DNA of 64,000 nt from an uncultured Candidatus Saccharibacteria bacterium (lineage in GTDB: Bacteria > Patescibacteriota > Saccharimonadia > Saccharimonadales > UBA4665), in assembly GCA_964647765.1 (NCBI GenBank), contig CAZYJC010000002.1, positions 39,512-103,511 on the forward strand, written 5' to 3'. The stretch's first letter is position 1. Each line of letters starts with the position of its first letter. Under the pieces are notes generated by a model. It was not told where the DNA came from. It saw nothing but the letters and a program-made list of their open reading frames with translations, and did not search any database. Shown one piece after another: positions 47,042-56,306 of the stretch. The position numbers were made by a program, and so were the translations under genes.

Positions 47042-47491
47042 TTATTGATCTGAGTTATTTTCGTCGTCAGCAGAATCCGAAATGCCTGCGTCGTCTGTGC
47101 TTGTTGAATCATCGCCAGTTGAGGATTTTGCCAGTACCGACTTAATCCAAGCGATTACTTGATCGGGCTCAGTTTCGCTTTTGACGATAGACAGAGTGGC
47201 ACCTTTGCTAAAAACTTCATTTGAAACGCGGATATCAGACATATTCGTCAGAACTACTACTGGAGTGTCCTTAGTCTTCGGGTCTTCGCGCAGATGAGTT
47301 AACATTTCAACACCGTTCATGGTCGGCATCATAATGTCTAAGAGAATTACATCTGGAGTATATTCTTTGAGTTTGTCCAAGCCCTCTTGGCCGTTTTCGG
47401 CAACTTCAGTTTCGTACCCTTCTAGCGTGAAGAGTTTTTGATACATTCGATAAATTAGCGGATCGTCTTCGACGAGCAAGATTTTAGTCAT
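47042..47491 (-). CDS. Stand-alone response-regulator receiver with acidic Ser/Asp-rich tail
   Basis: Contains ILLVEDD, VILLDIMMP (phospho-Asp) and VVVLTN. There is no output domain. Confidence 0.88.
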   Translation of the reverse strand: MTKILLVEDDPLIYRMYQKLFTLEGYETEVAENGQEGLDKLKEYTPDVILLDIMMPTMNGVEMLTHLREDPKTKDTPVVVLTNMSDIRVSNEVFSKGATLSIVKSETEPDQVIAWIKSVLAKSSTGDDSTSTDDAGISDSADDENNSDQ

Positions 47492-47551
47492 AAGTCTTTT
47501 ACCCTTTCTGTAGCCAAGTATATCTGTCTATGCCCCAACTATCAAGAGAGG

Positions 47552-48388
47552 CTATTTTGCGGAAATCTTGCCGGTTTCCAACAATGCTAACAGCAGGACT
47601 GCCAAAGCTACCCGGTAAATTATAAATATCCCAAAATTGTTCTTCGAAATATATTTTAGAAGCCAAGCAATTGCAGCATAAGCCACAATGAAGCTCACAA
47701 TGGTCGCGACAATGGTAGCCGGCCAGCCCACGCCGCCGCTTATGTCATTGGCGCGCGTAACAGCTTCGAGGGCTCCGGCAGCTACTAGTGCTGGAATTGA
47801 CAGGAAGAAGGACAATCGCATAACGGTGACCCTATCAAAACCCCTAAACAGGCCGGCTGACATTGTCGCGCCAGACCTTGAAACACCGGGGATTAGAGCC
47901 AAACATTGGATCACGCCAATGAATAGGGTGTCCTTCCAAGTGGTGTTTTTTTCGTGCCGATTTAGCTTGGCAGTAAAATCTGCCAGCCACATAACTCCGC
48001 TCCAGAGCAGCAGGGCAGCAGCAACGACATATAGGCTTCTAATCGAGGTTTCGATCTGGTCCTTAAAGGCTAGGCCGACAATTCCAATTGGTACCGAACC
48101 CAGCAAAACTGCCCAGCCAAACCTAGAGTCAGGCTCTTGTCGAGCCTGCTTGTTAAATAAACCAACCAACAAAGCCTTAACGATTCTGTAAATGTCTTCT
48201 CTAAAATAAATCAGGACCGCTGCGATTGCACCGATTTGGATAATTGCCGTAAAAGCTGTCATGCCTGGATTGTCGATATTATAGCCCATCAGTTTTTCGG
48301 TAATTGTCACATGAGCTGTGCTGCTAACAGGGAGAAACTCAGTAATACCTTCAACAATCCCAAGAATTATCGCGTCGATAAAAGTCAT
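47552..48388 (-). CDS. uppP: Undecaprenyl-diphosphate phosphatase
   Basis: GIVEGITEFLPVSSTAH and PGVSRSGATM motifs, with 8 TM helices. Confidence 0.92.
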   Translation of the reverse strand: MTFIDAIILGIVEGITEFLPVSSTAHVTITEKLMGYNIDNPGMTAFTAIIQIGAIAAVLIYFREDIYRIVKALLVGLFNKQARQEPDSRFGWAVLLGSVPIGIVGLAFKDQIETSIRSLYVVAAALLLWSGVMWLADFTAKLNRHEKNTTWKDTLFIGVIQCLALIPGVSRSGATMSAGLFRGFDRVTVMRLSFFLSIPALVAAGALEAVTRANDISGGVGWPATIVATIVSFIVAYAAIAWLLKYISKNNFGIFIIYRVALAVLLLALLETGKISAK

Positions 48389-48413
48389 TATTTATATAAT
48401 AGCTCAGCCGAGC

Positions 48414-49238
48414 TTAGCAGACATAATCGTAATCTATATTTTTGCTTATAAATTGAGTTAAGACGATTTTACCACCAGAGGTTAATGGTGAAGCAGTGCA
48501 GGCTTGTTTGGCAGTGCTTTGATTTGCTCCACCCGGACGCCAGTTATCGAGTTTGTTAAGGTTGCTTACTCCAGAAATAACATCGCCGGTAATCTGAGTC
48601 CATTGATAAGCCGTTGAATAGAGTCCGACCCTGGCTCCGGACGATGCAAACTTGGCGGTAAAGCCTTCCAATACGGCAGTGTTACTTTGTTTGTTAAATA
48701 AAGTAGTAGATGGCTTCCAGGTATTCATAGTTTCTACATCCAACCACCATTTATAAGTACTGGCGTCAGGATTAATGCCAGCCTGATTGGCGGCGGGAAT
48801 AAACCTTATATTAATGTCCTCATCAGCGCGATTCCAGCCGTACTGCCATGCGCAAGCAAGGCTATCAGAACCATCGCAGATGCCATAAATGGTATTCCCA
48901 GAGGTAGGCCATGAAGTTGTACCTAAACCACCAGGATTAGCTGTATTTACATAAAGTTGAATCTTGTCCTGATTCGTCCCGCCTAGTGACTTGCTAGCCC
49001 AGACTAATTGGTCCTTGAGGCAAGGATTATTACTAGTAGCAACTCCACCATTCACGCCGATAACTCCAAATGCTTGGGTTTTTGGAACAGTCTTATTGCA
49101 TTGCGGATAGGAAATATCGATTCCAAGAGTTGTTTGAGTCTGGTTGGATGATTGTGTATTTTTGGCTGCCGAAGCGTTTGCGCTGAAGGCAAAAATCAGA
49201 CCGAGAGCCATTGCCACACCCAAAATATGCTTGTACAT
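48414..49238 (-). CDS. Secreted glycoside-hydrolase-like protein (GH25/Rv2525c-type TIM-barrel-like)
   Basis: Has a signal peptide. The GIDISYPQC, YVNTANPG, WWLDVE and GLYSTAYQW patterns are recalled from actinobacterial DUF1906-like proteins, so the assignment is tentative. Confidence 0.45.
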   Translation of the reverse strand: MYKHILGVAMALGLIFAFSANASAAKNTQSSNQTQTTLGIDISYPQCNKTVPKTQAFGVIGVNGGVATSNNPCLKDQLVWASKSLGGTNQDKIQLYVNTANPGGLGTTSWPTSGNTIYGICDGSDSLACAWQYGWNRADEDINIRFIPAANQAGINPDASTYKWWLDVETMNTWKPSTTLFNKQSNTAVLEGFTAKFASSGARVGLYSTAYQWTQITGDVISGVSNLNKLDNWRPGGANQSTAKQACTASPLTSGGKIVLTQFISKNIDYDYVC

Positions 49239-49303
49239 CCTACTATTATAGCAAAAAACGCAAATTTAATCTGTTTTAGGTACAAGCTGTTAATATTTAG
49301 TTA

Positions 49304-50167
49304 ATGACTTGGCAGATTACCGTACTCGGTTATTTTATTTTTGGCACAATCAGCAATTTATTCCGTAGATACCTCGCCGTTAAATTGCCCGAGCATAACC
49401 GCTTGGTAAATGCGTCGTTTTTCTTAATTATCTACCCAATCGGTTTGGTCGTTGCTTGCTTTGCTCCTCACAACCTTGCCATTGGTTGGCAGAATTTTTT
49501 GTTCGTATTCCTCGGAAGTATGATTTTTCCAATATTCAACATAGTTGCCTATAAAGGCAATGAGCTTGTTGACGCCGGCCTATTCAACATAATCAGTAAC
49601 ATCACACCCATTGTCACGATTGCCGTTGCTTCATTACTTTTGAATGAAAGCCTGTCGTCGAGCCAAATAATAGGGGCGACAATAATTATCGGGTCCGCAT
49701 TCTTGGCGACCCTGCCAAATTTACACCACCACATGAAGGCCAACAGCCAAGGATTAATACTCAGCTTCCTTAGCTTTGTAATTTTAGGTGTAGGCATAGT
49801 TTTTGAACGATGGATGTTGGGCCGGATGGACTTCGGAACTTACTTAGTCTTTGGCTGGGGATCACAAACTTTTTGGATGCTTGTCTTTGCATTCAAAGAG
49901 CGTAAAAACATTAAGCTCTTAACCCCAAAAAATATCCGACGCCCAATACTCATGTATTCATCAACCAAGGCAATAATGGGGCTGTCTTTTGTTTCTTCCC
50001 TAAAACTAAGCGGAAACGCTTCGCTCATAAGCTCTGTTACTAGCTTTTTATCAGTAATTATCGTCATCGCAGCATATTTTTTCTTAGGCGAGAAACAGCA
50101 TCTTTGGCTGAAACTTACCGCAGCATTGATCGGTACAGCTGGTCTAATAATTATGTATACTTCTTAA
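49304..50167 (+). CDS. EamA/DMT-family transporter
   Basis: Ten TM helices in a two-repeat architecture. Confidence 0.68.
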   Translation: MTWQITVLGYFIFGTISNLFRRYLAVKLPEHNRLVNASFFLIIYPIGLVVACFAPHNLAIGWQNFLFVFLGSMIFPIFNIVAYKGNELVDAGLFNIISNITPIVTIAVASLLLNESLSSSQIIGATIIIGSAFLATLPNLHHHMKANSQGLILSFLSFVILGVGIVFERWMLGRMDFGTYLVFGWGSQTFWMLVFAFKERKNIKLLTPKNIRRPILMYSSTKAIMGLSFVSSLKLSGNASLISSVTSFLSVIIVIAAYFFLGEKQHLWLKLTAALIGTAGLIIMYTS

Positions 50168-50794
50168 CTATTTTGAAACAGGTTGGCGCAGAATTGTCCT
50201 AAGCTTTTCAGGTGCAGTTCGGCGTGGATCGCCGAAATATAACTCATGGTGGTGCCCACGAGGTTTGTAACCTTGGGCGGCAATGAATTCGTGTAGCTTC
50301 TCTATGTTAGGTCCTTCATCTTTGTAGGGGCCAATGTGCATGAGTTGGGCTGACAGTCCTTCTTCGAATGCTTCGAGCCGGGCGATTCTAAAAACTTCAC
50401 TTGCTTTTGACTTTACAAGCTCTTCAACTACTTCGCTAAAATATTCAGGCGTAACAAATTCTGGCAGTCTGTGCATTGCCACCCATTTCCAATCATCAGG
50501 ATTATCCGTATCAAAAGGTTTGCCGCTGATAGTCCACCAGAGACCTTCAACTGGAGGCATGGTGAATTTAGAGTAACCCGGCGGAGTAGGGTGCTTTTTG
50601 TCCCAGAATTTTATGCCGTAAACAATTCCATATATGGCTTGCATCGCCGTTTGAAAAGCAGTTTCACTAGACTTTGATGTTTCTGGTGCGCCTTCACCAT
50701 CAACCATCACAAAATTCATTTTTGGTATTGCAATCAGACTGGGTTCAGGCTTGGCTTTATAGGTCGGGTCTTTTTTGTAGTCGATGGTTTGCAT
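50168..50794 (-). CDS. GyrI-like small-molecule-binding domain protein
   Basis: YKAKPEPSLIAIPKMNFVMVDGEGAP...HIGPY...HHELYFGDPRRT is the typical pattern of the family. Confidence 0.72.
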   Translation of the reverse strand: MQTIDYKKDPTYKAKPEPSLIAIPKMNFVMVDGEGAPETSKSSETAFQTAMQAIYGIVYGIKFWDKKHPTPPGYSKFTMPPVEGLWWTISGKPFDTDNPDDWKWVAMHRLPEFVTPEYFSEVVEELVKSKASEVFRIARLEAFEEGLSAQLMHIGPYKDEGPNIEKLHEFIAAQGYKPRGHHHELYFGDPRRTAPEKLRTILRQPVSK

Positions 50795-50875
50795 ACGTCC
50801 CCCTTAGACAGAATTTTAGTTAAAAAAACAGATGGCCGCAGTAAAATAATCAACCACAGGGTGTAAAATATATCT

Positions 50876-51769
50876 GTGGCCACCAAGTTGATTATCAAGA
50901 CATCAAAACTTACCAAGCATTATGGTGAGGTTAAGGCCATTCAGGATGTTGATCTTGAAGTGTTGGAAGGCGAAATATTTGGTTTTATTGGTCCCAACGG
51001 AGCAGGTAAGTCGACAACTATAAGGGCCTTGCTCGGTCTGATATATCCTACCAGTGGCACTGCTGAGATTTTCGGCAAAGATATAAGCCGATACGGCGAA
51101 GAAATCCGCCAGGACATAGGTTATCTCCCGTCGGAAGTTTTTTACTACGACGATATGCGCGTAATCGATTTACTCAATTATTCAGCTAGTTTTTACCAAG
51201 TCGACAAAGCCAAAATTACCTCGAGCATTGATGAACTTGCAACCCTGCTGGACTTGGATTTACACAAAAAAATCGATGACTTAAGTTATGGCAATAAAAA
51301 GAAGGTTGGCATAATCCAGGGATTATTACACCAGCCAAAGCTGATAATACTTGATGAGCCGACAGGCGGGCTCGATCCCCTAATTCAGCAAAAATTCTTC
51401 AATCTGCTCAGGCAAGAAAACGAGCGTGGCGCAACTATACTCATGTCTTCACACGTACTGGGAGAGGTGCAAAAACTATGCAGTCGCGTTGCTATTATCA
51501 AAGAAGGCAAAATCATCAAAGTTGAGTCAATAAACAGTCTGGCTGAGAGCAGTACCAAACGGGTCAGGCTGGAAACTGTACGTAAGCAAGACAAAAAGAC
51601 ATTTGATATTAAGGGTATTAGCGATCTAGTTATTGACGGAGATAATGTTAGCTTCCTGTTTAGGGGAAAAGTGAACGAAATCTCGAAGTTGATCGCAAAG
51701 CTTGATCTTAAGAACTTTACTGTTGAAGAACCTGATCTAGAAGAAATATTCCTTCACTATTATCAATAG
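50876..51769 (+). CDS. ABC transporter ATP-binding protein (ABC-2 type exporter)
   Basis: Walker A GPNGAGKST, signature LSYGNKKK, Walker B LIILDEPTGGLD, and a GTG start. Confidence 0.92.
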   Translation: MATKLIIKTSKLTKHYGEVKAIQDVDLEVLEGEIFGFIGPNGAGKSTTIRALLGLIYPTSGTAEIFGKDISRYGEEIRQDIGYLPSEVFYYDDMRVIDLLNYSASFYQVDKAKITSSIDELATLLDLDLHKKIDDLSYGNKKKVGIIQGLLHQPKLIILDEPTGGLDPLIQQKFFNLLRQENERGATILMSSHVLGEVQKLCSRVAIIKEGKIIKVESINSLAESSTKRVRLETVRKQDKKTFDIKGISDLVIDGDNVSFLFRGKVNEISKLIAKLDLKNFTVEEPDLEEIFLHYYQ

Positions 51770-51772
51770 TTT

Positions 51773-52573
51773 ATGAACATTTACCTAAGAGAAATTAAAT
51801 CATACCGCCGCTCGACTATTATCTGGGCAGTCAGTTTATCCCTTATTGCGATAACCTTTCTCTCTTTGTATCCTTCGTTTGCAAAGGATGTGGATCAAAT
51901 GAAACAAACATTGGCTAGCTTCCCGCCTGCCTTAAAGAATGCATTGAACCTGTCAGTGGCTACGTTTTTTACTATATATGGCTTTTTTGCTTACATGCTG
52001 AACTTTTTGTTATTGGCTGCGGCAATTCAGGCTACGAATCTTGGGGTTGGCATACTGGCTAAAGAGGATTTTGGCAAAACTTCAGATTTTTTGCTGACTA
52101 AGCCGATATCCCGAGCAAGTGTGGTCGCTCAAAAATCTTTTGCAGGGCTGACTGTCCTAGTTCTTACAAATATTATTCTCGGCTCGGTGGTTTTCGTAAC
52201 GGCCAATTTTGTAAGCAAAGAGTCGATTAACAACAGCATCATGCTGCTGCTGATAGTGGAAATTTTTATCGTTCAGCTGGTGTTTTACGTTTTAGGGTTA
52301 CTGCTTGCAGTTACGATTCCCAAGATTAAGTCAGTTATAGCGGTGGCGTTGCCGACGGTTTTTATCTTCTTTATCGCAGGAACTTTAGGTGAAATATTTG
52401 GACGCGATGAAGTCAGATATATTTCGCCGTTTAAATTCTTTGATTCACAGTATGTTATCAAAAACACAGCCTACGAACCCCAATATTTAATCATCGGAAT
52501 TGTTTTTATTTTAATCGCTATGAGCCTAACCTATTTGATTTATATTAAAAAAGACATTAGGAGTGCGGTGTAG
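51773..52573 (+). CDS. ABC-2 family permease
   Basis: A 6-TM protein directly after the ATPase. It is a paralog of the next gene (shared N-terminus M.I.LREIK..RR). Confidence 0.7.
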   Translation: MNIYLREIKSYRRSTIIWAVSLSLIAITFLSLYPSFAKDVDQMKQTLASFPPALKNALNLSVATFFTIYGFFAYMLNFLLLAAAIQATNLGVGILAKEDFGKTSDFLLTKPISRASVVAQKSFAGLTVLVLTNIILGSVVFVTANFVSKESINNSIMLLLIVEIFIVQLVFYVLGLLLAVTIPKIKSVIAVALPTVFIFFIAGTLGEIFGRDEVRYISPFKFFDSQYVIKNTAYEPQYLIIGIVFILIAMSLTYLIYIKKDIRSAV

Positions 52574-52575
52574 TT

Positions 52576-53373
52576 ATGAATGTTTTTATAAGAGAAATTA
52601 AAGCTCACCGCAGAGGACTTTTCTTCTGGTGTCTGGCCATGGTAATTCTTGTTTCGTCCAGCATGGCGAAATACGCCACATTCAACTCGACAGGCCAGTC
52701 CATGAATCAGGTTGTTGATCAGTTTCCAAAGGCTATAAAAGTCGTTTTTGGGATTAGCGGATTTGATCTTACGACAGCTCAAGGATTCTTCGGGGTAACG
52801 TTTTTGTATATAGCATTGTTGGCGGCAGTTCACGCAGCGATAATCGGGGCAGAAATAATTGCCAAGGAGGAGCGGGATCGTACATCTGAATTTTTGTTTG
52901 TTAAGCCTATAAGTAGAGCTACTGTCGTAACTTCAAAGTTGGCTGCTGGGATAATTAATTTGATAATTCTTAATTTGGTGACTTGGATTTCATCAGTATA
53001 TTTTGTTAATTATTTTGCCAAGAATTTTAACGACGGAGGATACATTAGTGCACTTATGATTGCCTTAGTTATGCTACAGTTAGTTTTCTTTAGCATCGGT
53101 GCGGCAATTGCCGGATTATTGAGACGACCCAAAGGCGCATCAGGGTTATCAACTGCAGTTATGATGGTTGCGCTGTTAGTGATGTTTTTAATCAATCTTA
53201 ACGATTCTTTAAATCCACTTAGGTTCTTCACGCCGTTCAAATATTTTGATGCCAGCGTTATTATTCAGAATAATCAACTTAGCGTAGGTTATATTGTGCT
53301 GTCTCTGGGTATTGTAGTTGCTGCGACTGTAACAGCCTACTTCGGTTATCAAAAGCGAGACTTAAGAACCTGA
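52576..53373 (+). CDS. ABC-2 family permease (paralog)
   Basis: A 6-TM protein. MNVFIREIKAHRRGLFFW parallels MNIYLREIKSYRRSTIIW. Confidence 0.7.
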   Translation: MNVFIREIKAHRRGLFFWCLAMVILVSSSMAKYATFNSTGQSMNQVVDQFPKAIKVVFGISGFDLTTAQGFFGVTFLYIALLAAVHAAIIGAEIIAKEERDRTSEFLFVKPISRATVVTSKLAAGIINLIILNLVTWISSVYFVNYFAKNFNDGGYISALMIALVMLQLVFFSIGAAIAGLLRRPKGASGLSTAVMMVALLVMFLINLNDSLNPLRFFTPFKYFDASVIIQNNQLSVGYIVLSLGIVVAATVTAYFGYQKRDLRT

Positions 53374-53718
53374 CTCAATTTGAGCAACTCTAACCATGAC
53401 GAGCTTTTCGATGATACTGTCTGGCAGTGGTTTTTTTAATGTAAAGGATACAGTGCCTTTTCCTGTCTTAAACTCTTTGAGCTGATCTTCAATCTCTGAT
53501 ATTGGGCCTGAGGTAGGGAAGACGCTCAAGTGGTCTTTGAATGCTGCGTAATATAACAAGGGCTTACCTTTGTATTTAAAAGCCGGCATACCATAACTTA
53601 TTGATTCCTCGGCTTCAGGTACGAGCTGTATAACCAGCTGGCGAATCCGATTAAGCTCTTGGCGATTGGCTTCAGATTGCTCCGCTAAATATTGGTCACT
53701 GCTAGCATAGAGCTTCAT
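53362..53718 (-). CDS. DUF1801 (YdhG-like) domain protein
   Basis: EESISYGMPAFKYKGKPLLYYAAFKDHLSVFP is the typical core. Confidence 0.68.
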   Translation of the reverse strand: MKLYASSDQYLAEQSEANRQELNRIRQLVIQLVPEAEESISYGMPAFKYKGKPLLYYAAFKDHLSVFPTSGPISEIEDQLKEFKTGKGTVSFTLKKPLPDSIIEKLVMVRVAQIESGS

Positions 53719-53722
53719 GATT

Positions 53723-53902
53723 TCACTTTAGCCTCGAGTTAATTATGCTTAGAGTCACGCTAGTCAGAATTGCCATAGCTACAATAATGCCCAGCATAAT
53801 CCAGATTCTCTTAAAACTATTGTCAGGTGGTGTATTTAGCTTTACTTCCGCTAGAAGTTGTTCCGGAGTAAGATCTGGTTTAGTTTTTGATTGCTCTGCC
53901 AT
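53723..53902 (-). CDS. Possible small membrane protein (59 aa, below ORF-track cutoff)
   Basis: The hand translation is MAEQSKTKPDLTPEQLLAEVKLNTPPDNSFKRIWIMLGIIVAMAILTSVTLSIINSRLK, with one TM helix. It fills an otherwise empty 200-nt gap and ends 4 nt before the next gene. Confidence 0.35.
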   Translation of the reverse strand: MAEQSKTKPDLTPEQLLAEVKLNTPPDNSFKRIWIMLGIIVAMAILTSVTLSIINSRLK

Positions 53903-53923
53903 TGAATTAGTTTAACAAATTAT

Positions 53924-54409
53924 CTAGTTTCGATGAGCCGAAAAACCAATTGGGTCTTGGGTGGGCAATTGGTCAAGATTAATGGCAAAAATATCAGCAA
54001 CCTCGCTGAGCATTTTTTCTGCCATTTCTCTCTCTATAATTCTGGATACGACATATGTGTTTGCTCGCATTCCGGCATTGTAGGCAACATCTGCATCAGT
54101 ATCTTCGATAAAAATATCTAAAGCACTTGCGAGCATCTCAGCTTCTTGTCCGCTTACTTCCGCCTGTATAGATTCGGGCTTTTTCCCTTCCTCGGTTTGT
54201 TCGCCGGCAGCGTTAGATAGCCTCTGCGCAAGATGTGCTGCAAATAAAGCATTTTTTCGACCAATTCTACTTGCGCCGTATTTGCCCAGTGATGCAATAG
54301 CAACACTCAACTCACTAAATTTAGTATCTTTATCAACGTCGAATAATATCAACTCTTCGTCAGTGATCGATTCGTTATCGCCAACTTTTCGCATTAGACT
54401 AAAATACAA
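53924..54409 (-). CDS. Hypothetical acidic soluble protein
   Basis: Long ORF. No family was recognised. Confidence 0.45.
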   Translation of the reverse strand: MYFSLMRKVGDNESITDEELILFDVDKDTKFSELSVAIASLGKYGASRIGRKNALFAAHLAQRLSNAAGEQTEEGKKPESIQAEVSGQEAEMLASALDIFIEDTDADVAYNAGMRANTYVVSRIIEREMAEKMLSEVADIFAINLDQLPTQDPIGFSAHRN

Positions 54410-54442
54410 TAAAACAGCAACAAAATCAAAGCAAGCTTTTGA

Positions 54443-54907
54443 TTAGCTGTCGTAGGCTCTTTGCAGTTCTGGTACTTCTATTTTGTTCATTTTGAGCATA
54501 GCATGCTGTACGCGCATAGCTTTTTCGCGATCAGGTCCGGACATAAGCTCATTAAGTTGCTTCGGCACGACTTGCCACGACAATCCATATTTATCCTTAA
54601 GCCAGCCACAGTTTCCTTCTTCGCCGCCTTCAAGGGCAAGTTTCTGCCAATAGTAATCAACTTCGTCTTGTCCATCGCAATCAATTACGAACGAAACAGC
54701 TTCATTAAATTTGAATTCCGGACCCGCTCCTAACAGGGTAAAATTTTGTCCAAAAAGTTCAAGTGATACTATCTCGACGTTCCCCGAAGGGGTTTCGGAC
54801 ATTGTTGACACGCTATTGATTTTTGCATCTTTAAAAACTCTGACATAAAACTCTGCCGCTTCTTTTGCATTTTTATCAAACCACAAAAAAGGTGTTATTT
54901 TGGGCAT
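54443..54907 (-). CDS. VOC-superfamily protein (PhnB-like / 3-demethylubiquinone-9 3-methyltransferase domain)
   Basis: MPKITPFLWFDKNAKEAAEFYVRVF...CGWLKDKYGLSWQV is typical. Confidence 0.78.
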   Translation of the reverse strand: MPKITPFLWFDKNAKEAAEFYVRVFKDAKINSVSTMSETPSGNVEIVSLELFGQNFTLLGAGPEFKFNEAVSFVIDCDGQDEVDYYWQKLALEGGEEGNCGWLKDKYGLSWQVVPKQLNELMSGPDREKAMRVQHAMLKMNKIEVPELQRAYDS

Positions 54908-54908
54908 G

Positions 54909-55298
54909 TTACTTCTCCTTGTCGAGTTTTTTAATAATCCAGGTTGCTATATATGTTTCGAGCAAGCTCAGGGGAACCGCAATTATTAATATTTGCGTAG
55001 GCAAAACTTTTAAGTTGCCAATTACTAGCCACATCAAAACAAATACAGCAAACCAAGCTATAAGCGTGGTTTGGAGTTGATCGTATTTCTTAGCAATGAA
55101 AAATATAACTACTGCAAAACATAAGGACCAAAGCCCCCAGATAGCACCGTTGGTTGGCTCTGAAGGGAAAACCAGTCCAAGAGAATGGTAATGGTCCTTC
55201 CAGTAATTAATGAGAAGAATATTGTTTCTAAAAAATTCAGAAAAACTTATCCAGACCGTTGCAGCGAGAATTGGAACGATCTTTGTAAATAATTTCAT
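54909..55298 (-). CDS. Hypothetical 4-TM membrane protein
   Basis: Hydrophobicity pattern only. It ends 1 nt before the VOC gene start. Confidence 0.45.
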   Translation of the reverse strand: MKLFTKIVPILAATVWISFSEFFRNNILLINYWKDHYHSLGLVFPSEPTNGAIWGLWSLCFAVVIFFIAKKYDQLQTTLIAWFAVFVLMWLVIGNLKVLPTQILIIAVPLSLLETYIATWIIKKLDKEK

Positions 55299-55351
55299 TT
55301 TGTAATTCCCATTTCTTAAATAATAATACCAAATACAAATAAGGGGGAATT

Positions 55352-55549
55352 ATGTCAGAAAAAACTAAGTCTGCAAAAGTACCAAATAAGACTGTCGGCG
55401 GAGATGCCGTCTATGGTTTAGGGATAATTGGGGCACTTGTCTATTACGTACAAGTTGCCGATGGTTTTTGGATGGTGATCGTTGCCTTTTTTAAAGCCTT
55501 GGTCTGGCCGGCTTTTGTAACCTACGATTTATTGAAATTTATCCACTAA
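55352..55549 (+). CDS. Small membrane protein (65 aa, two TM)
   Basis: A GGGGGAAT SD-like sequence lies upstream. Two hydrophobic helices are visible. Confidence 0.4.
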   Translation: MSEKTKSAKVPNKTVGGDAVYGLGIIGALVYYVQVADGFWMVIVAFFKALVWPAFVTYDLLKFIH

Positions 55550-56087
55550 GATCTCGGTTCTTCCAGTATTTCTTCCATTCGGCGACCTCACTGATGGTCT
55601 CGTAACGTTTAACTTTATCGATAAAAAATTTCCCGTTCAAATGATCTATTTCATGCTGGAAGACCCTAGCATGGAAGTCATTTTGTAGGTTGTAACTGAC
55701 GGGCATGCCATCTCGATTTAATCCTTCAACCTTACACCATTTTGCTCGGGGAACGGCCGCGCGAAACCCACATGAGAGATCACCTTCCCAATCGTCTTTT
55801 TGATCGCGGGATTTTTCGACGACTCTTGGGTTGATGACTATTGCTGTCTCGAATTTGGGTTTGGATTTGTAGCGCGGGTTGTTGGGATCGACATGCACGA
55901 CGATTACCCTCTTATTAACTCCCACTTGAGGTGCAGCGATACCCACCCCATCATTTTTATCGCATGTAATTACTAGGTCATCCAAGAACTTTTGGAATGC
56001 AGTTTGCTTGATCTCTGTCGCGCTGACGCGAGCGGATACTTGCCTTAGAGCTGGATGACCAAGTCTAACAAGCTTTAAAGCAGGCAT
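55539..56087 (-). CDS. def: Peptide deformylase-like protein with atypical motif 2
   Basis: Motif 1 is GVGIAAPQVG and motif 3 is QHEIDHLNG. Motif 2 reads EGDLSC instead of EGCLS. The start is set at ATG 56087 so it does not overlap the upstream small gene. Confidence 0.78.
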   Translation of the reverse strand: MPALKLVRLGHPALRQVSARVSATEIKQTAFQKFLDDLVITCDKNDGVGIAAPQVGVNKRVIVVHVDPNNPRYKSKPKFETAIVINPRVVEKSRDQKDDWEGDLSCGFRAAVPRAKWCKVEGLNRDGMPVSYNLQNDFHARVFQHEIDHLNGKFFIDKVKRYETISEVAEWKKYWKNRDLSG

Positions 56088-56088
56088 A

Positions 56089-56274
56089 TTATTTGCGCTT
56101 TTTTTGCCTTGGGTAGATGTGCCAGTACCAATATGTAGCGAGGCCAAAAATGCCGAAGAACAGACCTATCCATATCCAAACTGATGGATTTTTGAGTTTC
56201 TTCGAAGTAGCATCGCGGTACATCCACACCCCAAAAACTACTCCGGACAAGACCCATATAACTGTGTAATTCAT
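56089..56274 (-). CDS. Small membrane protein (61 aa, two TM, basic C-terminus)
   Basis: The ORF ends 1 nt before the def start. It has two clear TM helices and a Trp/Tyr-rich interface. Confidence 0.45.
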   Translation of the reverse strand: MNYTVIWVLSGVVFGVWMYRDATSKKLKNPSVWIWIGLFFGIFGLATYWYWHIYPRQKKRK

Positions 56275-56306
56275 ATCCCAGAGTATGTTAGCGGCTTAAC
56301 TATAAG

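Noticed and set aside
47688-48191. A 167-aa ORF antisense to uppP. There are similar long antisense ORFs at 5887-6291, 29282-29689, 36411-36761, 40605-40952, 43459-43881 and 17947-18228.
   Set aside because: Each lies fully inside a gene with strong family motifs on the other strand. Their translations are low-complexity (Ser/Pro/Arg/Ala-rich) with no start context or recognisable motifs. This is typical of shadow ORFs opposite membrane or K/E-rich genes.
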